From a virus (lineage: Duplodnaviria; Heunggongvirae; Uroviricota; Caudoviricetes): DNA of 64,000 nucleotides. The translations under genes and the position numbers were made by a program. Positions 54,074 through 62,586 of this stretch are shown here, piece by piece. Each line of letters begins with the position of its first letter. Position 1 is the first letter of the stretch. A model generated the notes under the pieces. The model was given only the letters and a program-made list of their open reading frames with translations. It had not been told where the DNA came from and did not search any database. The stretch lies in the IMG/VR virus record IMGVR_UViG_3300047444_000069, positions 1 to 64,000 of that record. One strand, written 5' to 3'.

Positions 54074-54241
54074 ATGGGTAAGTCAAGAAATTTTCGTCCA
54101 GAAGAACGCAGCATTCATCGGGCGAAGCCGACCGCAGATAAGTCGGGCAAGTACAAGCACACTCTCTATGTCGTTGAAGATGACGACGAAGATGATGGGC
54201 TTACATGGGAAGAACTTGAAGGTCCGCTGGACGATGACTAA
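54074..54241 (+). CDS. 55-aa protein with strongly acidic C-terminus
   Basis: '...LYVVEDDDEDDGLTWEELEGPLDDD'; preferred over overlapping ORF 54042..54245. Confidence 0.35.
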   Translation: MGKSRNFRPEERSIHRAKPTADKSGKYKHTLYVVEDDDEDDGLTWEELEGPLDDD

Positions 54242-54343
54242 ATAAGCAGTACAAACGAAGTACGTGAACTTTCTATATGAGGCAAATCATGCAAGACAAA
54301 ATCGCAAACAATCGAACTAATCTCGAAATAGGTAGAAAACAAA

Positions 54344-55333
54344 ATGGCAAAATCATTCTCGGAACTCCGCAAGCAACGTGGCGACCTCGCTGACCTCACG
54401 AAGAAGCTTGAACAGCAATCCTCTGGCGGCAAGAAAGAAGACGACCGCTTCTGGTCGTGCCAGACTGACAAAGCTGGTAATGGTTCCGCAGTGATCCGCT
54501 TCCTCCCGGCACCGGCTGGCGAAGAAGACGCATGGGTCAAGCTGTACACACACGGTTTCCAAGGCCCGACTGGTAAGTGGTATATCGAAAATTCGCTGAC
54601 CACGATTGGCCGCGATGATCCGGTCACCGAACTGAATAACGAATTGTGGGCTTCGAAGTCGAAGGCCAACGAAGAAATCGCACGCAAGCAAAAGCGCAAG
54701 CTTGGCTATTACAGCAACGTGTACATTGTCTCGGACCCGGCGAACCCGGATAACGAAGGCAAGGTTAAAATCTTCCGCTACGGCAAGAAGATTCACGACA
54801 AGCTGATGTCGGCACTCAAGCCCGAGTTTGAAGAAGACGAAGCGTTCAACCCGTTCGACCTCTGGACTGGTGCGAACTTCCGCCTGAAGATTGCGAAGGT
54901 TGAAGGTTATGCAAACTTCGACAAGTCATCGCTCGCAAAGCCGGGTCCGTTGAAGGAAGACGACGACGAACTCGAAAAGATTTGGGAACAGTGCCACTCG
55001 CTGAAGGCGATCATCGCTGAAGATCAATTCAAGTCGTATGACGATCTTCTGAAGCGCTTGAACTTCGTGCTGGCAACCGGTACTGCACCGCGCAGTGCTG
55101 AGAAGTCCGAAATCAGCGACGAAGATCAAGACTTCATCCGTTCGCAAGCGAAGAACACGAAGACTTCGGAAGCGTCCGACGAACACGAAGACCTTCCGCC
55201 GTTCGATGTCGATCCGGCACCGCCGAAGAAGGAATCCCCGGCGAAGGCTGCGGCAGCAAAGGCAGCAACGAAGCAAGTGGTCGATGACGAAGATGACGAC
55301 CTCGCATTCTTCAAGAAGCTTGCTGAAGGTTAA
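54344..55333 (+). CDS. single-stranded DNA-binding protein (T4 gp32-like)
   Basis: 'DKAGNGSAVIRFLPAP' vs T4 'DNAGNGQAVIRFLPSK'; 'VSDPANPDNEGKVKIFRYGKKIHDKL' vs T4 '[26 protein letters not shown]'; acidic C-terminal tail. Confidence 0.85.
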   Translation: MAKSFSELRKQRGDLADLTKKLEQQSSGGKKEDDRFWSCQTDKAGNGSAVIRFLPAPAGEEDAWVKLYTHGFQGPTGKWYIENSLTTIGRDDPVTELNNELWASKSKANEEIARKQKRKLGYYSNVYIVSDPANPDNEGKVKIFRYGKKIHDKLMSALKPEFEEDEAFNPFDLWTGANFRLKIAKVEGYANFDKSSLAKPGPLKEDDDELEKIWEQCHSLKAIIAEDQFKSYDDLLKRLNFVLATGTAPRSAEKSEISDEDQDFIRSQAKNTKTSEASDEHEDLPPFDVDPAPPKKESPAKAAAAKAATKQVVDDEDDDLAFFKKLAEG

Positions 55334-55348
55334 TCGACAGTAGCAAAA

Positions 55349-55380
55349 CAAAAGCCCGCGTAAGCGGGCTTTTTTATTTT
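55349..55380. terminator. bidirectional rho-independent terminator
   Basis: AAAAGCCCGC-GTAA-GCGGGCTTTTTTATTTT between convergent genes. Confidence 0.8.
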
Positions 55381-57643
55381 ACATCACAAACGTTCCCATC
55401 ATTGCTCGATCAAAGTAGGATTCCCGACTACGGGGAGAACCACTGATCGGCATCACCTTCATATCGTTGCCAGAACTGCCGCCAGACTTAACGTTGGTTG
55501 TGGGGGCATGGACGATCACCGGCGCTTTGGATTCCTGTTTAACGGCTTCCTGATGGTCCTGCGAAGCCTTCGCGACGATCTTGCCACTATCGTTATCCTT
55601 CGTCGCCCACATACCGCCAAGTTTGCGTCCCGCCCAATCACCAAGTTCGCTTCCACCGAATCCACCCGCAACGCCGCCGATCAGTCCACCAACCGCCGTT
55701 CCAACACCCGGCATGATGGCAGTGCCGATCAATGCACCTGTAGTCGCACCGGCTTCGGCACCGGCCCAACCGCCCGCAACAGCACCGGCACCGCCGCCCG
55801 CAGCTTTCGCCTTGGCTTCCTTGGCCTGTTGTGGTGTGATCTTTCCGGCCTTCAATGCCGCGTCTACGTCCTGATACTCGTTGTAGGCGTCATATGCAGT
55901 GATTGCCGTGCCCGCGATGCCAAGCGCCTTACCTGCCTTACCCAGACCCTTTGCGACCTTGGACGTGGCCTTTGCTGCACCCTTGGCTTCACCTTCCAGA
56001 CCTTCAGCAGCACCTTTCGCGCCTTTCGCCTTGACTTCACTTTCGCCCGTCTTGGCCTTTTCTTCGGTCTTCGGCTTCACTTCTTCGGCCTGACCTTCCT
56101 TACCCTTACCCTTGATCTTTTCCTTGATCTTTTCCTTTGCGCCATGAAGCAGTTCAGCACCAGTTGCGAGTAATGAGAGAGGATCGATACCGCCGCCATC
56201 ACCTTCAGCTTTCGCGTCGTCAGCGAAGTTGCGAGTCGAATCCGCAGAACGTGGACCGACATCATTATCAACCAACGTATCATCCTTAGTGAAAGCATTG
56301 GCAACGGTCGGCGTCGGAAGAAGGGGTAGCGCGAAACCGGTAGCCACAGCACCACGAACAGCAGAGGACATCGGGCCTTCTTGTGTACGCAGAGGCGTGG
56401 ACGGATTCCCCTTGACCTTGATCGGTTCTTCGGCGGGCTTCGGCGTCACGTCATGTGCAGTCTGCTTCGGATGCGCAATCTCTTTGAACTCGACATCTTC
56501 GGCGTCATTGATCGAATCGATTTTCTTGCGCCGAAATGTAGGCTTCACACGGACCAAATCAGTCTGTGGTTCGCGTGGCTTCAAGTCGGGCACCGGAAGA
56601 AAGTTGCCTTCCTGATGTTCGATCTGCTTTGGGGGCATCACGGATTCGCTGGACGGCGAAGGAAGAACAGGCGCAACCGTAGCACCAGATGGCGAAGGAA
56701 GAACAGGCACTACCTTGGCAGCAACCGCAGCACCAGAAGGAGGCGGAAGCATAGGACTACCAACAACTGCTGCTGCGGTACGGCCACTATTTGGCGGCAA
56801 TGTCGGAGCAACATAGAACGGGGGCTTCTTGCCTTCCGCATGTTCCGAGTGTTCGCGCTCAACCATCTTGACGATCAGGCGTTCGACATGAAGGTTCTCG
56901 ATCTTGTCGGGGAACTTACCGACAGCATCGCCCTTGATACCCGACATTGCGGCTGCGATCTTGGCTACAAGCTTATCATCATGGTTGTCGGCGGGCTTTT
57001 CCTGTTCGCCCATGATGTCATCACCGAGACGAGTTTTTACCGCTTCGGCTGCACCAAGGTTCTGCATCTCTTGCAACGGCGTAATCAGGTTCTTGTGATT
57101 ACGTTTGTTGTCATACCCGGCCAAGCGTCGGAACAGAGGACTCTCCATATCCGCCTTTGATGCACCAAACATCTTCTCGAACCGGTAGCCAAGTTCCTGC
57201 TTGGCGGCGCTACCCTGTGGCTGATGCTTGTCCGTATGCTGCATACCTATGGCGGCAATCTTTTCAATCTGTGCCTTGGCCTCAACACTACCTTCAACCT
57301 CATTGATACGCGCGACCGCAGCTTGGAATTCCTTGTTCGAACGTTCGAAGTCGAACTTGCCATCCTTGCGCAGCTTCATGAATTCTTCAACGACCTCACG
57401 GAACACTTCCTTTTGTTCCTCTGATGCCGTCTTCATGAACTCTCGTTGATCTTTGATTTCGTCAGTGAACTGTTGATATGCTTCATCAACACGCTTGACG
57501 TTTGCACTCTCATTGCCCTTGTTGGATGACACCTGATTGCGACGCAGAATGTCACCGACATTCACCACTTCACTGATGAATTTATCATTCGACATGCGCT
57601 GAACTTCTTGTGTCTGCCGGGATTTGGTCGCTTGCATTGCCAT
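55379..57643 (-). CDS. large (754 aa) hypothetical protein with helical N-terminus, Pro-rich 'LPSPSG' repeats and C-terminal Gly-zipper region; possibly virion/tape-measure-like
   Basis: 'GAGAVAGGWAGAEAGATTGALIGTAIMPGVGTAVGGLIGGVAGGFGG'; Lys/Ala/Glu-rich helical stretches. Confidence 0.55.
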   Translation of the reverse strand: MAMQATKSRQTQEVQRMSNDKFISEVVNVGDILRRNQVSSNKGNESANVKRVDEAYQQFTDEIKDQREFMKTASEEQKEVFREVVEEFMKLRKDGKFDFERSNKEFQAAVARINEVEGSVEAKAQIEKIAAIGMQHTDKHQPQGSAAKQELGYRFEKMFGASKADMESPLFRRLAGYDNKRNHKNLITPLQEMQNLGAAEAVKTRLGDDIMGEQEKPADNHDDKLVAKIAAAMSGIKGDAVGKFPDKIENLHVERLIVKMVEREHSEHAEGKKPPFYVAPTLPPNSGRTAAAVVGSPMLPPPSGAAVAAKVVPVLPSPSGATVAPVLPSPSSESVMPPKQIEHQEGNFLPVPDLKPREPQTDLVRVKPTFRRKKIDSINDAEDVEFKEIAHPKQTAHDVTPKPAEEPIKVKGNPSTPLRTQEGPMSSAVRGAVATGFALPLLPTPTVANAFTKDDTLVDNDVGPRSADSTRNFADDAKAEGDGGGIDPLSLLATGAELLHGAKEKIKEKIKGKGKEGQAEEVKPKTEEKAKTGESEVKAKGAKGAAEGLEGEAKGAAKATSKVAKGLGKAGKALGIAGTAITAYDAYNEYQDVDAALKAGKITPQQAKEAKAKAAGGGAGAVAGGWAGAEAGATTGALIGTAIMPGVGTAVGGLIGGVAGGFGGSELGDWAGRKLGGMWATKDNDSGKIVAKASQDHQEAVKQESKAPVIVHAPTTNVKSGGSSGNDMKVMPISGSPRSRESYFDRAMMGTFVM

Positions 57644-57837
57644 GTTTTAGCCCTTGGTTTGATGTGCGCGCAACTGCGCCATTTCAGTCTCATGCCGAAT
57701 ATGTTGCACAAGCTGCCCTACGTAGATTTCCCGCTCCCACGGAATCATGTTGTCCAACTCTGTCAACGAATAGCCATGAAATTGCCGAAGGCTGAAGTTC
57801 AACGTGTAGTAGTTGTACAACGTGTCATGTGAGAGCA

Positions 57838-58536
57838 CTATCCGAAAAAAGCTTCGACGCCTTCGAGTGTGTACTGCGTTTCCTTCTCGCAGTGCGGACA
57901 TTTATCCGTGAAGGTGTGACGCAGAACCGGCATCGTGCGGAAGAAGTCTTCTATCTTGGCGAATTGTTCGGTCGTCAAGGCTTCGACAAACTGTGCAACT
58001 TCTTCTGGTGTTTCGTCTTTGGTTTGGTGAACCTCTGTCTCAGTGAAGACCGATTCGATACACTGGCAGATTGTTTGGTAGACCGTATCAACGGAGTAGT
58101 TCTTGTTGAGGAACGACAGTTGATCGGTGGTTGGGTAAGCCATCTCGACGCCCAGATTGTCGGCCAAGATGATCTTCTTGGTATGGTCTTTGTTCTTCTG
58201 GACCTCGACAATGGAAAGAGGCAGATTGTGTTCGTGATCCGCCTTGCAGTGTTGGCACGTCAAAATCAGATCGACAGTTTCGCCGGATGACTTGGATCGA
58301 ATCTGAAGGAACAAATATTCAAGATCGAAGTTAGGCATCGCTTCGACATCAAGCTTCTCGAATGTACATGCATTGACGGCTTCTTTGATTGCAAGGAGAA
58401 CGTCCGCTTCGCCGCCTTCAACGGCCATCAGCATGTTTTTCTGTTCACCTACCAACCAAGGACGGTACTTGATAGTCTTTCCCGTTGAGGGCACTTTAGT
58501 CTGGTAGGTCGGGGTCGTGTTGCGCGGGAGTGACAT
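57838..58536 (-). CDS. hypothetical protein with two Cys pairs (CQHC...CPHC), possible zinc ribbon; possibly structural
   Basis: 232 aa; GATAAATAG late-like motif ~30 nt upstream on minus strand. Confidence 0.5.
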   Translation of the reverse strand: MSLPRNTTPTYQTKVPSTGKTIKYRPWLVGEQKNMLMAVEGGEADVLLAIKEAVNACTFEKLDVEAMPNFDLEYLFLQIRSKSSGETVDLILTCQHCKADHEHNLPLSIVEVQKNKDHTKKIILADNLGVEMAYPTTDQLSFLNKNYSVDTVYQTICQCIESVFTETEVHQTKDETPEEVAQFVEALTTEQFAKIEDFFRTMPVLRHTFTDKCPHCEKETQYTLEGVEAFFG

Positions 58537-58576
58537 GTTTGATCATGAAAGTGGATTACGATCCACTATTTATCCC

Positions 58577-58604
58577 TTGACGCGAATTCCCAGACGTGTA
58601 TAAT
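58577..58604 (+). promoter_or_regulatory. early promoter cassette TTGACG-16-TATAAT
   Basis: 'TTGACGcgaATTCCCAgACgTGTATAAT'. Confidence 0.6.
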
Positions 58605-58722
58605 CCTTTATCAACTGGCTACGAAGAAGTACCAAGAAAACTACAACGATTGTTGGTTGTGTGTAGCACGCACTGAAAAGAAACGTGTAAAATGCGCACA
58701 ACAATACGAAAGGGACACTGTA

Positions 58723-59184
58723 ATGCCGATCAATGCACAGATTCAGAAAGACGGTTCGTTGACGTTCGAAGACTACCGGAAGCCAGAACCCACGTACTTT
58801 CCCGGCGCTACGCTGATGATCCCCGCGAATGGTCCGTGGGACACATCCATGTTTGCTGTAATCGAACAGAAAGACTCGGACCATCCGGGCATGGTCGCGT
58901 TCGTCGCCAAGCGCATCGATACGTTCGATCAGGCCCGAGAAGTCGCTGATTATCTGTGGGAACTGGCCGAAGAAGCTGGACGTGTGATGGATAAGTACCC
59001 GCGCATGTCGAACGGGCTGACACCGAATCATGTCAAGGGAACCTTTGAGTGGCGTGCCGACAAGCTGAAGGTCGATGCCGCACTCGAACACAGTCGGACC
59101 TTCAACAAGTGGTATGTGAAGTACTACAAGAAAGAGATTTACGCCTACAGACAAGCAACACGAACTAGAAATCTACAGAGATGA
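58723..59184 (+). CDS. hypothetical protein
   Basis: 153 aa from 'MPINAQ'; SD AGGGA. Confidence 0.5.
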   Translation: MPINAQIQKDGSLTFEDYRKPEPTYFPGATLMIPANGPWDTSMFAVIEQKDSDHPGMVAFVAKRIDTFDQAREVADYLWELAEEAGRVMDKYPRMSNGLTPNHVKGTFEWRADKLKVDAALEHSRTFNKWYVKYYKKEIYAYRQATRTRNLQR

Positions 59185-59393
59185 AATACGCACAACTTGC
59201 AACAGACTTGATGTTCTCGGCGGTCAGGGTTGCGGACCTCGCCACGAAGTACGGTTTACAGTTCCGCAAGAACAAGACCGGCAACGACATCTCAAACGCC
59301 ATCAGGAAGGCACGGAGAGCCGGATACGGAAAGGTCGAATTCGAGATGAACATGCTGGAATTCTATCTGAAAGAAATTCTCAAAAAGGCTTGA
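59181..59393 (+). CDS. hypothetical small protein
   Basis: 70 aa, ATGA coupling. Confidence 0.45.
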   Translation: MKYAQLATDLMFSAVRVADLATKYGLQFRKNKTGNDISNAIRKARRAGYGKVEFEMNMLEFYLKEILKKA

Positions 59394-59418
59394 CGGCGAA
59401 TCCCCAAGTCTGTATTAT
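59390..59418 (+). promoter_or_regulatory. early promoter cassette TTGACG-17-TATTAT
   Basis: 'TTGACGgcgAATCCCCAAgtCTGTATTATtctcacatcgcaacgaacttGGGG'. Confidence 0.55.
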
Positions 59419-59450
59419 TCTCACATCGCAACGAACTTGGGGATTCGAAC

Positions 59451-59729
59451 ATGGACATCAAGGAACTGAAGGCCGCGCTGATCACGAAGGGCTGGACGGA
59501 AGATCGTTGGGGTAACCTGAAGCGCGAAGTTTCGCACGAAGATGGTGTCCGCGTGTATCGCGTGAAAGTGCAGAAGATTTCGATCCGCATCGAACGCCAG
59601 TACACCATCGAAGCGTCACAATACTCCCCGGCACACAATGATTGGTCACTCGTTACCAGTTCTTACCTGAAAGATGTCAAGGTCCGCGAAGACGGTGGTA
59701 TCATTGTCGGGCGCAAGGTTTTGAAATAA
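59451..59729 (+). CDS. hypothetical protein
   Basis: 92 aa. Confidence 0.5.
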   Translation: MDIKELKAALITKGWTEDRWGNLKREVSHEDGVRVYRVKVQKISIRIERQYTIEASQYSPAHNDWSLVTSSYLKDVKVREDGGIIVGRKVLK

Positions 59730-59763
59730 TCTGCGCATTGGGACAACTTTCAGGGAAAAGAAT

Positions 59764-60132
59764 ATGCTTCAAGCTGATCCAAGTGAGTTCATGCCAACCG
59801 ATGCAGACACGTTGCTGGATGTGTATTGCAAGTTCCCGGTAGAGAACATCCAACGGGTTCTGAGCACGGTAGAAGAACGGCTGTGCTTTGAACCCGGCAA
59901 CCTGATCGACAAGCTTCTGGATACGGTTGATCGGTCCTTGCGAGAAATAGACGTGACGGTGAAGGAATCGTGCGTCTACGATGATGTCTCAATCGTCGTT
60001 TGTTATGACGTTCCGACCACGATTGAACAGATCAAATCCAATGTTGCGCGTGCGTGCTATTTCTTCTGGCAGCACAACATCGCCTTCACCAAAGAAGCAC
60101 AAGAAGCGTTGAGGGTCGGTAAGGAACATTAA
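59764..60132 (+). CDS. hypothetical protein
   Basis: 122 aa; SD AGGGAAAAG. Confidence 0.5.
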   Translation: MLQADPSEFMPTDADTLLDVYCKFPVENIQRVLSTVEERLCFEPGNLIDKLLDTVDRSLREIDVTVKESCVYDDVSIVVCYDVPTTIEQIKSNVARACYFFWQHNIAFTKEAQEALRVGKEH

Positions 60133-60155
60133 AAACAAAAACGTGTTTGTCGGTG

Positions 60156-60183
60156 TTGACATGTACAACCAAACCTGTATAAT
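60156..60183 (+). promoter_or_regulatory. early promoter cassette TTGACA-16-TATAAT
   Basis: 'TTGACAtgtacaACCAAACCTGTATAATtcttcacatcggcaaacacaacGGAG'. Confidence 0.65.
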
Positions 60184-60217
60184 TCTTCACATCGGCAAAC
60201 ACAACGGAGCGCAAGAC

Positions 60218-61219
60218 ATGAACAAGATCAACGCGGACCAGTTCCCCATCACCTTCGCTGCAACGTCCAACCTCACCAACAACTTCCGCGCGAGCGACAT
60301 CAAGCGTTTCGTCAAGGCCATCCCGGAAATCAACGAAGTCATCGACGCAAACGAAGTCATCGTGGCGCACGCGAAAGACCTTCGGCGCTATATCAACGAT
60401 TTCGTGTACGCAGCGTTCGACGCCGTAATCTCGGACAAATACTGGAAGCTTGGTCGCTACGAATCCTTGCCGGAAGATGTCCAAGCCCTGAACTACGAAC
60501 TGCCGCGCGAAGCACGCCTCATTGCTTCGTTCGAAAAGAAGCTGAACAAGGTCAAGACCGAACACGCATTGATCGCAGAATGCCGCGCATTGATCGCAGA
60601 ACTTCAACCGCTGGCCGACCTCGTTGCGTTCTTCAAGACGGTCGAAGTGAAGGCCACGGTCAAGCGTGCAGCAGTCAAGGCACAGAAGATCGAAGAAGTC
60701 CGCGTTGCAAGCCATACCGATGTCGTCTATCAAGCGGTTCTCCCGCTGAAGCTGATGGCTCAAGATCGTGCCGAATTGCACTTCCGTGCATCGGTTCGTA
60801 TTGCAGCAGAAGAAATCCTGAACGCTGGTGGTGATCTTGAAAAGCTGGTCCCGATCCCCGAAGGCAAGCTGACCGGATTTCAAGAAGCCCGCATCAACGC
60901 AGCACGTCGCTTCTATGTGTCGATCTGCAATTTGCGCAACCATCGCTACCTGACGCTGAATGATCAGTTGGTCGAAACCGAAGTCCTGAAGGTGCGTCGC
61001 GATGCAGCTTTCCAGTTCGAAGCCTTCGTATCGAAGCTGAACGATAAGATCAACGATGTCACGCTGAAGGCAGAACTGGCGGGTGATCCGTGGATCGGTT
61101 CGACGCTGACGGTGGAGACGAAGAACAAGGGCACGCAAGTCTGGAACACGAAGATGATCGTCAACGTGTCCAAGTACGGTAAGGTGTTCAACCAGTTCCC
61201 GACCCGACTGGCGCGATAA
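60218..61219 (+). CDS. hypothetical protein (333 aa)
   Basis: SD GGAG; long antisense ORF rejected. Confidence 0.55.
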   Translation: MNKINADQFPITFAATSNLTNNFRASDIKRFVKAIPEINEVIDANEVIVAHAKDLRRYINDFVYAAFDAVISDKYWKLGRYESLPEDVQALNYELPREARLIASFEKKLNKVKTEHALIAECRALIAELQPLADLVAFFKTVEVKATVKRAAVKAQKIEEVRVASHTDVVYQAVLPLKLMAQDRAELHFRASVRIAAEEILNAGGDLEKLVPIPEGKLTGFQEARINAARRFYVSICNLRNHRYLTLNDQLVETEVLKVRRDAAFQFEAFVSKLNDKINDVTLKAELAGDPWIGSTLTVETKNKGTQVWNTKMIVNVSKYGKVFNQFPTRLAR

Positions 61220-61225
61220 AGAAAA

Positions 61226-61266
61226 CAGGTTTGGGTATTGACGAACGATACCCAAACCTGTAATAT
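61226..61266 (+). promoter_or_regulatory. early promoter TTGACG-17-TAATAT with -35 in loop of perfect 12-bp hairpin
   Basis: CAGGTTTGGGTA 61226-61237 / TACCCAAACCTG 61249-61260; leader 'ctctacatcgacaaccaaacGGAG'. Confidence 0.65.
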
Positions 61267-61289
61267 CTCTACATCGACAACCAAACGGA

Positions 61290-61526
61290 GTGAACACCAT
61301 GACCACGACCCTCGCGCAAGACCTCCAAGTTGGTGACGAAATTCTGTCCGGTCGGCACAACAATGTCGTCGCAGTCGTCAATGAGATTCGCGAAGAAGCC
61401 GATGGCACGCTGACCGTCACGCTCTGTGACACGCGCGGACACGAAGGCGACTTCAAGTACCTGAAGTACGATGTTGTCACGATGTATGGCGATTATATCC
61501 ACTACTACGATGACGACGAATCATGA
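61290..61526 (+). CDS. hypothetical small protein
   Basis: 78 aa. Confidence 0.5.
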   Translation: MNTMTTTLAQDLQVGDEILSGRHNNVVAVVNEIREEADGTLTVTLCDTRGHEGDFKYLKYDVVTMYGDYIHYYDDDES

Positions 61527-61544
61527 AAGCGCAGCGTAAATAAA

Positions 61545-61568
61545 AAGGGGACCACGAATGGTCCCCAC
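61545..61568 (-). terminator. terminator oriented for minus-strand transcripts
   Basis: GGGGACCA-CGAA-TGGTCCCC with A-run upstream on + (U-run on -). Confidence 0.6.
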
Positions 61569-61579
61569 AAAGGATGAAA

Positions 61580-61774
61580 ATGAAATACACACAAGAACAA
61601 CTTCAAGAGATGGCCGCTGAATTCATGGGCCAACTGACCGGACACAACGATGTGCGCTGTCACCAACTGATCGGTGAAATGTCGCAACGTCTCGGAATCC
61701 ATCCGAACGCCATCGAACAGGGCATTCATATGCTCGCGATGGGTATGCAGTTCGAAGTTCGCGCAGCGGCTTAG
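61580..61774 (+). CDS. hypothetical small protein
   Basis: 64 aa from 'MKYTQEQ'; SD AAAGGA. Confidence 0.4.
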   Translation: MKYTQEQLQEMAAEFMGQLTGHNDVRCHQLIGEMSQRLGIHPNAIEQGIHMLAMGMQFEVRAAA

Positions 61775-62574
61775 GCCACGAAGCTGACCATGTTGCGGAA
61801 GCTAGATTCGACGGACGACACCTTCGAACTGATCTGCGACGAAACTGATTTAATGATGTCTCCACCCGCCAACACATTCTGCTGTTGCACGACAGAAGCC
61901 TGAAGCTTCTTCGATTCAATCTCGATACATGACCACTTCCGGTAAGCAAAGGTCACCGTGACTTTCTGAAAGTTCTGTGACCCTGCTGAACCCGTCATCG
62001 ATGATACGACCTTTGGGAATGCATTCTCCAATGCAACCTGATAGATCGTCCCATCAAGTCGATCCAACTGCGAAATCACAATATCGCATTCGTAGGTGTC
62101 CGGGTACGCAACCATCTGTGTATCATTCGGGACAATCGCATCCATCCAGTAATCAAACAGCTTCTTCGAGTTCATATCACGATCCATCAGCATCGTGATG
62201 GCGACGCCTTGGTCGCCGCCGTAGTCTATCCCAATCGGCATCGGTTGCGGTGCGCCGAAGGTGCGGCGTTCCTTGGTCTGAAGTATCGCGGAAGGGAAGA
62301 CGACCGATTCGACGCGCATCATGGTGGATCGTAGATACTGGTAGTACGTCGAACCCATAAGGCACGTTGGCGTACCGATGTAGACCTCATATCGGCTTTC
62401 AGAAGCAAGGCCCGTATTGAGAACTTCTTCCTTGAAGTTCTCGAACCCGTCTTTGGCGAACGATGTGGCGCTCGATTTGGTCTTGCCAATCCCGAGCGCA
62501 TCACGCACCACGTCACCGGCTGAATTCACTACATTGTTGAGGCCATTGATCGGCAGTAAATCAAGAAGTGACAT
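61771..62574 (-). CDS. putative baseplate/tail-tube-fold structural protein (T4 gp19/gp48/gp54-like pattern)
   Basis: 267 aa; 'YEVYIGTPTCLMGS...FPSAIL...TFGAPQPMPIGIDYGGDQG...DYWMDAI' resembles tube-fold family. Confidence 0.4.
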   Translation of the reverse strand: MSLLDLLPINGLNNVVNSAGDVVRDALGIGKTKSSATSFAKDGFENFKEEVLNTGLASESRYEVYIGTPTCLMGSTYYQYLRSTMMRVESVVFPSAILQTKERRTFGAPQPMPIGIDYGGDQGVAITMLMDRDMNSKKLFDYWMDAIVPNDTQMVAYPDTYECDIVISQLDRLDGTIYQVALENAFPKVVSSMTGSAGSQNFQKVTVTFAYRKWSCIEIESKKLQASVVQQQNVLAGGDIIKSVSSQISSKVSSVESSFRNMVSFVA

Positions 62575-62586
62575 GAGGATTCCTTA

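Noticed and set aside
54042-54245. 67-aa ORF from track
   Set aside because: Junk-like composition; the alternative frame 54074..54241 has an SD-like context and a coherent acidic protein
55508-57160. Plus-strand ORFs 55508..56173 and 56381..57160
   Set aside because: Mirror frames of the low-complexity Gly/Ala/Pro 754-aa minus gene; no SD or promoter
57647-57901. 84-aa minus ORF between the 232-aa and 754-aa genes
   Set aside because: Start would overlap the upstream gene by 64 nt and there is no SD; a short internal-start version (~33 aa) is not supportable
57829-58290. 153-aa plus-strand ORF
   Set aside because: Overlaps minus gene 57838..58536, which has a late-like motif and Cys-pair features; the plus frame is Leu/Arg-rich shadow
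25684-61266. Repeated ~50-bp cassettes considered as a CRISPR-like or other repeat array
   Set aside because: Spacing is irregular (0.3-2 kb), the units contain -35/-10/SD elements, and ORFs lie between them; these are promoters, not CRISPR repeats
60086-61480. 464-aa minus-strand ORF
   Set aside because: Antisense to 60218..61219, which has a cassette promoter, conserved leader and SD; the minus frame has no start context
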